Part shown: positions 58,350 through 64,000 of the stretch, in pieces | Layout: each line of letters opens with the position of its first letter | Numbering within the stretch: position 1 is the stretch's first letter | From: an uncultured virus (IMG/VR IMGVR_UViG_3300008108_000135) | Lineage: Duplodnaviria; Heunggongvirae; Uroviricota; Caudoviricetes | Virus record (IMG/VR): IMGVR_UViG_3300008108_000135 | DNA length: 64,000 nt | Strand: one strand, 5' to 3' | Notes under the pieces: generated by a model | The model's database searches: none | What the model saw: only the letters and a program-made list of their open reading frames with translations | Told to the model about the DNA's origin: nothing | Made by a program: the position numbers and the translations under genes

Positions 58350-58709
58350 TCAATAATCTTTAAAATGTCGTTCACCGTTAATATAGTAATAAACTCTACC
58401 CACATTAAGTCGGGTATTATGAGTAAACCACTCAACAAATATATCAACCCAATTTGCACCAAAAGTTTGAGTTAAGGTATTTGACACCCTACCAAAAATC
58501 CATAATGTGTCCTCCTCATTATTATTCTTATTCAAAGACCAATATTCATAAGCACCATCCCCATCAATATCAAAGTCAATTGCCCCGAATTTATCCATCA
58601 TATTACGATAATCAATTGCCTTTTCAAAACCACCATCAGGGGTATATAGACTATCAAGATAAGATTTGACAGCTAAAGTATATTTGGATTCTGTTATTAT
58701 TAATTTCAT
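58350..58709 (-). CDS. hypothetical protein, IITE leader family
   Basis: MKLIITESKY; paralog of 62223. Confidence 0.75.
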   Translation of the reverse strand: MKLIITESKYTLAVKSYLDSLYTPDGGFEKAIDYRNMMDKFGAIDFDIDGDGAYEYWSLNKNNNEEDTLWIFGRVSNTLTQTFGANWVDIFVEWFTHNTRLNVGRVYYYINGERHFKDY

Positions 58710-58720
58710 ACTAATATATA

Positions 58721-59509
58721 TTATACAAAGGCGGATATAATATCATCTATTGATAATCCAATAGGGGGTAATCCCAAAAGTTCAATTACTTTTGATTCCG
58801 AATAAGTTCTATTCATATAATCACCAATAACTTTATTACCATCTCTATTTTGATATAGTAGGTTTTTTTCATTGGTTTTGATTAGATATAATGGTCCATA
58901 CTTATTAATATAGACATCCAAAATACGAGGATTTATTAGATTATCAAATTCTATTGGTAAATCATATCTATCATTAATTCTTTCAATCATACCTGTTAAG
59001 TCAACACCCAACCTGTCAATGATAAGATTTTTTAATTTTGATTCAATTAAAAAACTTTCTTTAATGTTCTTTTTCTTCTTAACATTATATTTGTTCGTTT
59101 TACTAGTATAAAAAGCATTTTCATCATCGCTTTGGCCAGGGTCATGAATAAAGTCATAATCATACTGAACACAATCGCATTTAATACCAAGTTCATCGTA
59201 TACATACTGAACCAAAACCTTTGAGAATAACTTTGTTTTAAACAACGGAATAAATCTCTCCAACATATGAGAAAACTCACCATCCAAAGTTAAATCTCTT
59301 TTACATCCTTCGTTTGCCATGGTGGGAGGAAACCATATTGTCATTGGTGAAATATCGTCAAGGATATTACTTTTACCATAAATATATATTGATTGTATCG
59401 TTCTTTCATCATTTTCATACATATTCTCGTATCTTAACTCACCCAAAATAGTTTTTAGGAGTTTATACGCCACATTCTTATATTGTTTTTTTGTAATTAC
59501 GACTTTCAC
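58721..59509 (-). CDS. two-module hypothetical protein, leader family
   Basis: KVVITKKQ (GTG start); internal IKESFLIE junction. Confidence 0.7.
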   Translation of the reverse strand: MKVVITKKQYKNVAYKLLKTILGELRYENMYENDERTIQSIYIYGKSNILDDISPMTIWFPPTMANEGCKRDLTLDGEFSHMLERFIPLFKTKLFSKVLVQYVYDELGIKCDCVQYDYDFIHDPGQSDDENAFYTSKTNKYNVKKKKNIKESFLIESKLKNLIIDRLGVDLTGMIERINDRYDLPIEFDNLINPRILDVYINKYGPLYLIKTNEKNLLYQNRDGNKVIGDYMNRTYSESKVIELLGLPPIGLSIDDIISAFV

Positions 59510-59526
59510 AATAATAAATATCTCCG

Positions 59527-59877
59527 TTACCTAAACTTATCTTGAATTCTATTGACGAGATGTTTCCTTGCAACATTCATAAAATAATCTTGCACAATAT
59601 CGGGGGGAACCATATTAAATGGTGTTATGTCGTGTGGACTAGGCCAAGATACATTAATTCCTTTCTCAGGGATATTACCTTTTTTATCAATATAAAAGAC
59701 ATATTCAATCCTTCTTTTACGGCCTTCAATATTAAACCAAAGATACACCACATAGTATTCTCTACGCATTGTATCTTCGTTCTTATATCCATACTCAGGT
59801 GTGACCTCAATATTACCAATCTCTAGTAACCTGTCAATGATTTCTTTAGATGTTTTTTCTGTAATTAGGACTTTCAT
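59527..59877 (-). CDS. hypothetical protein, LITE leader family
   Basis: MKVLITEK; paralog of N-domain of 60328. Confidence 0.75.
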   Translation of the reverse strand: MKVLITEKTSKEIIDRLLEIGNIEVTPEYGYKNEDTMRREYYVVYLWFNIEGRKRRIEYVFYIDKKGNIPEKGINVSWPSPHDITPFNMVPPDIVQDYFMNVARKHLVNRIQDKFR

Positions 59878-59898
59878 ATATGATAAATACAATCTTTA

Positions 59899-60267
59899 TC
59901 AAAAATTACCTTCGTATGTAAAATTGGTTGTTAGATTTTTTTCTTTCACGCTAACAACAAAATCAAGATGGGCCATAAACTGACATAACAAATCTCTAAT
60001 TGATGATAGGTCCTCCTCAATGACATGTGTTAATTTTTCTTCACCGTCCACAATTTTATAGAATTTGTATCTTGGAGTAAAATCCATTGGACTGTAAAAT
60101 ATCTTCCATTCTTCGTTAATTTGGACATCATATATTACCCTATTATCTATTTTGGTAACTGAATTATAAAGAAGGTGGTTATAGTCGGACTTTGTAACGG
60201 TGCAGGTCAATCCCTTATAAAGAGATTCAAACAACTTCTTAATCATTGGTATGTTTTTATCTTCCAT
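59899..60267 (-). CDS. hypothetical protein
   Basis: TATCTTTG promoter 60272-60279. Confidence 0.65.
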   Translation of the reverse strand: MEDKNIPMIKKLFESLYKGLTCTVTKSDYNHLLYNSVTKIDNRVIYDVQINEEWKIFYSPMDFTPRYKFYKIVDGEEKLTHVIEEDLSSIRDLLCQFMAHLDFVVSVKEKNLTTNFTYEGNF

Positions 60268-60327
60268 AAAACAAAGATATAAAATTAATATGAAATAAAA
60301 AACCCACCTGATGAGATGGGATATTTT

Positions 60328-61680
60328 TTATAATGCAATTTTAACCTGTGATTTTAAATAATCAGATTGTTGTACAATTTTTGTTAACAATTTTTTATAC
60401 TCGGTTGGGTTTTTTGAAGATAGAATGTCAAAATGTTCTTTCACGAATTTTTCATCATAACCCAAAAGTTTTTTCATGTTAGGTGTTATATCTTTTTTAA
60501 CACCTTTACCCCAATTAATTATATCGTCCAAAGTTTTAATGGTCACCTCTTTACCTAAACTTTTCATATATTTTTTTGTATTAGTACTAATACCATTTAA
60601 TATTTTGGAGGTATTAGCAACAAGTTCTCTTGGGTGAAAATAATATGAGTTAGAAAAATATTCATCACTATATCTTTTAGTACCTGATTTATATTTTTTC
60701 ATTAATTTTGAACTAACGGATGATGGGTCTTTAATATGTGCCAATTCATGATAGAACAATTGGTCAATATCGGTAGGTGACATTTTCTTTACGTTATCTA
60801 TACTAAACAATAAATAATCATCCACCGCAAACCCGTAGCTACTACGGTAATTTTCACCCCACCATCTAACGGCATCATCAGATGTTATAAATAATACAGG
60901 GACATTTTTAACACCCGTCTTTGTTGTAACCTTTACTGAATGTCGTAATGGTTTAATATATTTCCTTAAAGTTAATGCTTTAGTTGCGGATGATGGTATA
61001 TTTTTTACTTGTGAAGTTATTTTATGAATTTGAGATATTTCATCTTTAGTAAATTTAACCCCAAATTTAGAAACAAAATTCGCCATATTAGGTTTTGCGG
61101 TTTTTGAGGACTCTAAAGAACTCAAAAATTTCTTCCTATCAATTTTTTTACTTAAAAAACTTTGCACAAGTTTATCATATGATTCTTTACCAAATCTTTT
61201 AATATAAATCGGTTTTAACGTATTAACATAACTTAATATTGGTTTTGTTTCTTTAGTACCTCTAGAAAATAATTTTAAGAAATCCCCCAATACACCTTCG
61301 TTAATATTATCATCGGTAACCCACCATTTTGGGTTGCGACGCCTTTCCTCATACATATCCTCAAGAAATTGTCTTGTTTTCTTAATAAAATAACCATTGA
61401 CAATATCTTTAGGGAGAAATGAAAACTCATCTATTGTCCGAACATCATCATAATAATCAAGTTTACCAATATTATCCACACCACGAACAACATACCAATA
61501 ACGAAATGGCAATTTAAATTTACGACCATTAATGGTGAACCAAATATTAACACCATCATAAACTCTCCCGACAACATCATAAGTTTTTGCGCCATATTCA
61601 ATTTCGTACTCAATGTTCTTCATCTTCAGGAGTTTCTCCATCGCACCACTTGTCTGTTCTTCTGAGATAATAATCTTCAT
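60328..61680 (-). CDS. modular protein, IISE leader, C-terminal zincin HExxH
   Basis: MKIIISEEQ; internal NINE-G; FYHELAH..YY.HPRE. Confidence 0.75.
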   Translation of the reverse strand: MKIIISEEQTSGAMEKLLKMKNIEYEIEYGAKTYDVVGRVYDGVNIWFTINGRKFKLPFRYWYVVRGVDNIGKLDYYDDVRTIDEFSFLPKDIVNGYFIKKTRQFLEDMYEERRRNPKWWVTDDNINEGVLGDFLKLFSRGTKETKPILSYVNTLKPIYIKRFGKESYDKLVQSFLSKKIDRKKFLSSLESSKTAKPNMANFVSKFGVKFTKDEISQIHKITSQVKNIPSSATKALTLRKYIKPLRHSVKVTTKTGVKNVPVLFITSDDAVRWWGENYRSSYGFAVDDYLLFSIDNVKKMSPTDIDQLFYHELAHIKDPSSVSSKLMKKYKSGTKRYSDEYFSNSYYFHPRELVANTSKILNGISTNTKKYMKSLGKEVTIKTLDDIINWGKGVKKDITPNMKKLLGYDEKFVKEHFDILSSKNPTEYKKLLTKIVQQSDYLKSQVKIAL

Positions 61681-61857
61681 ACCAATAAATATATCATAAA
61701 ATAAATCGCGGCGGGCGGGGACCAAAAGAAAAACGACCGAAGGTCGGACACGGTGAACGAAAATTTATCTTTTTTCTCCTTTTTTATTCCAAAATTATAT
61801 AAGCATAAAAAACCCCACTTATGATGAGGTGGGGATTTAATTTAATTCAAAAATTAT

Positions 61858-62169
61858 TTAAAATTCATCTTCATTACCAAGAATATCCTGAATATCGGCC
61901 CCATAATAATCAGTAATATAGTTTGCCAATAGCTCAGGTAAATCAAATCGTTTTAATCTACCCAAAATTTCTTCGGACAAATCCATTGCCATGTCTCTCA
62001 TAGATTCATCATAACCATCATAATCGTTAAGAACGTCCTTAACCTCTCTAAATATATCTTGTACAGTAATGGTTATAGATGAGCCTCCCATTTCATCATC
62101 ATCTTCTTTAATAACTCGTTTAACGATTCTTTTTAAATCTGATTCTGTTAATCTTACAACTTTTTTCAT
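61858..62169 (-). CDS. acidic protein with RLTESDL leader
   Basis: MKKVVRLTESDLKRIVKRVIKE. Confidence 0.8.
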   Translation of the reverse strand: MKKVVRLTESDLKRIVKRVIKEDDDEMGGSSITITVQDIFREVKDVLNDYDGYDESMRDMAMDLSEEILGRLKRFDLPELLANYITDYYGADIQDILGNEDEF

Positions 62170-62222
62170 AATATCTTTTTTAATAATAAATATATTGTAT
62201 TAATAAAAACTCCCACATTATA

Positions 62223-62576
62223 TCAATCATTCTTAAATGCATCAGCTTTTAAATCGTCATCATAATAACTTGTCCAATCAACCTTAAGTCCCGTGTTTTG
62301 TTCAAACCATTTTGTAACCACGGGAACCCACTTATTGTGAAACAATCTATTAAGGTCTTGACTCATTTCATTAAATACCATTAATGATTTTCCATCACCC
62401 CAATCTGTGTAATAATACATCCGTTCATCATTAACATAAAAATTAATATCCCCATGTTTATTAACTTCTTCTCTATAATAATCATCACCAACCCAATTAT
62501 AGTCGGGGTAAAATTTTAAATCAAGATATCTAATGATTCCTTGTTCGTACTTAGATTCAGAGATGATTACTTTCAT
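62223..62576 (-). CDS. hypothetical protein, IISE leader family
   Basis: MKVIISESKY; ATATTTAT at 62581-62588. Confidence 0.75.
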   Translation of the reverse strand: MKVIISESKYEQGIIRYLDLKFYPDYNWVGDDYYREEVNKHGDINFYVNDERMYYYTDWGDGKSLMVFNEMSQDLNRLFHNKWVPVVTKWFEQNTGLKVDWTSYYDDDLKADAFKND

Positions 62577-62648
62577 AATGATAAATATACTAAAAATAAA
62601 AAACCCCACCTGTTAGGGTGGGGTTTCAAAGAATATCTTATAAAACAT

Positions 62649-63200
62649 TTAACGAATATTTCTTATCTCACCAGTGGTGGCGTTATATTCATATTTATTT
62701 TTATTATCAATGGTCACAATAACATATGGTGGTTCAATTTGGGTACTATAATTATAAGAGTCCAATTCTGGATTAATTTCCTCAATTTTTTTCAATATAT
62801 AATTTTCCATCCATTCTTCCAATTCCCCATGCAAGATTTCCCTTTGTATTGTATTTTTTATGGAATTACCAATTTTTTTAAATGGTTTTTTAACAGCATC
62901 CCATATTTTACCTTCACCAAGCTCTGATTCAAGGTCTTTTGAGTTTATCTTATTTAAAGCCCATTTCTTTAAATTATGTGCAACATCTTCATCAGCGGTT
63001 GCTCGTGAATAATTGCTAACAAATCTAATTTGTTTGTCCTCATCCATGGAATTAAAGTCAATGTCTTTACCAAGTTCAGTTCTAAGAACATCATTCATAA
63101 AATCAGAGACCTCCTCATCAGACCAAATATTTGATTCTTTAATAACCCTTCTAACAATACGAGTTAACTCTGATTCTGTTAATCTTACAATCTTTTTCAT
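62649..63200 (-). CDS. protein with RLTESEL leader
   Basis: MKKIVRLTESELTRIVRRVIKE. Confidence 0.8.
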   Translation of the reverse strand: MKKIVRLTESELTRIVRRVIKESNIWSDEEVSDFMNDVLRTELGKDIDFNSMDEDKQIRFVSNYSRATADEDVAHNLKKWALNKINSKDLESELGEGKIWDAVKKPFKKIGNSIKNTIQREILHGELEEWMENYILKKIEEINPELDSYNYSTQIEPPYVIVTIDNKNKYEYNATTGEIRNIR

Positions 63201-63508
63201 TTTTTACATTTATTTTTTTTAAATCTTCTTATTTTTGCGCCACAAAGATTAAATTCGTCAGACCTTTCAGCATCTTCTTGAGCGGAAAAAGCTCTATTTA
63301 ATAAATTCCATTTGTCTTCCATATTATTTATTTTACCACATTCAGAATCTTTAATATTTTCAACCTCTTTATATAAAGATTTAATTTCACCCATAAATTC
63401 ACCGTGATTCATTTTAGCATATTTATGATGAGGTTTTTCATTTTCACTAATCACTCGTTTAACGATTTTCATCAAATCTGATTCGGTTAATCTTATAACT
63501 TTTTTCAT
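63197..63508 (-). CDS. protein with RLTESDL leader
   Basis: MKKVIRLTESDLMKIVKRVISE. Confidence 0.8.
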   Translation of the reverse strand: MKKVIRLTESDLMKIVKRVISENEKPHHKYAKMNHGEFMGEIKSLYKEVENIKDSECGKINNMEDKWNLLNRAFSAQEDAERSDEFNLCGAKIRRFKKNKCKK

Positions 63509-63558
63509 ATTAATTTTTATTTATAAATATTAGGTAAAAACAAAAAACGGGGGACTAA

Positions 63559-63975
63559 TTAACTACGAACAAACTTATCGGTAGAATAATCATCAATCAC
63601 TTGTTTAATGGGATAATCATATGTTGATTCAAACCAAACCTTTAATAAATCATTAAACTTAGAACCAAACATTTCCAACATAGATTTAAAAGAATATTTA
63701 GAATAAATTAATAGCGGTGTTTGGAAACCATCAACAGGTTCGTTGTATGGGGGGTTCTCAGCATACTGAAATACCCAATCGTCATCTTCCCACCAACTAT
63801 TATTATCATCATTATCATCAATATTATAAAAATTAAGCGGGGAGTAATCAATATAAGTATTCTTATTATAATCATAATAGTCATAATCCCTTTCATGTTC
63901 ATATAAATTAGCAAACTCTAACATCATACTGTTGAATAGGGACTGTAATTTATCTTCCGTAATTAATACTTTCAT
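63559..63975 (-). CDS. hypothetical protein, LITE leader family
   Basis: MKVLITEDK. Confidence 0.75.
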   Translation of the reverse strand: MKVLITEDKLQSLFNSMMLEFANLYEHERDYDYYDYNKNTYIDYSPLNFYNIDDNDDNNSWWEDDDWVFQYAENPPYNEPVDGFQTPLLIYSKYSFKSMLEMFGSKFNDLLKVWFESTYDYPIKQVIDDYSTDKFVRS

Positions 63976-64000
63976 CTCAATCGTCAAAATTTATTATTGG

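Larger units (their letters stand above)
56029..62626 (-). repeat. dispersed repeated terminator-promoter module (CCCAYCT..AGGTGGG-TTTTTTATTT..ATATTTAT), about 7 copies
   Basis: Hairpins at 56051-73, 56864-82, 57260-77, 58068-87, 60303-20, 61813-34, 62604-23. Confidence 0.8.

Noticed and set aside
56029..62626. CRISPR array or integron attC sites
   Set aside because: Repeats are terminator hairpins separated by whole genes; no regular spacers, cas genes, integrase or RYYYAAC/GTTRRRY boxes seen
13435..63535. T4 late promoter TATAAATA
   Set aside because: The A-rich reading lies on the non-coding strand; relative to the genes the motif consistently reads ATATTTAT
5856..63906. Many short opposite-strand or alternate-frame ORFs (e.g. 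9662, 11803, 20995, 22704, 41904, 48127, 52061, 56893, 62541)
   Set aside because: Shadows of better-supported genes, with implausible composition
1..64000. Stop-codon reassignment or suppressor tRNA
   Set aside because: Known genes (dnaK, thyA, guaC) are full length in code 11; TAG and TGA end genes; no CTA/TCA/TTA anticodon found
1..64000. Bacterial chromosome origin for the window
   Set aside because: Housekeeping genes are isolated among dense small hypothetical ORFs, lysins and CCA-less divergent tRNAs; a large phage fits better, although no capsid or terminase gene is in the window

Overview
AT-rich fragment of a large (jumbo/huge) lytic-type phage genome, standard genetic code, mostly minus-strand. 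The host is inferred to be Bacteroidota, from repeated TAnnTTTG promoters, a T9SS-sorted protein and a DUF2452-like gene. 1-5.1 kb: 17 tRNA genes without encoded CCA, interleaved with about 7 unexplained structured or tRNA-like RNAs, boxA-like elements, an inserted type II R-M pair and two unannotated leader ORFs. Main finding: each leader overlaps a terminator/antiterminator switch. The core of leader 1 (4951-5067) uses exactly the 14 amino acids whose tRNAs follow it. Leader 2 (941-1018) carries the six remaining ones (L,D,A,T,E,G) and precedes tRNA-Thr and tRNA-Leu. This looks like ribosome-stalling attenuation that turns on phage tRNA operons when host tRNAs are depleted. 5-46 kb: glycosyltransferase, HNH, probable virion proteins, GMP reductase, DnaK, a two-component system, GH19 lysins, FKBP PPIase, ThyA, HAD/kinase/2H (Acb1-like) enzymes and a T9SS cargo. 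46-64 kb: array of small genes sharing an MKxIITE / MKKVIRLTESDL leader, an ATATTTAT promoter and repeated terminator-promoter modules. All calls are by eye; no searches or folding programs were run.
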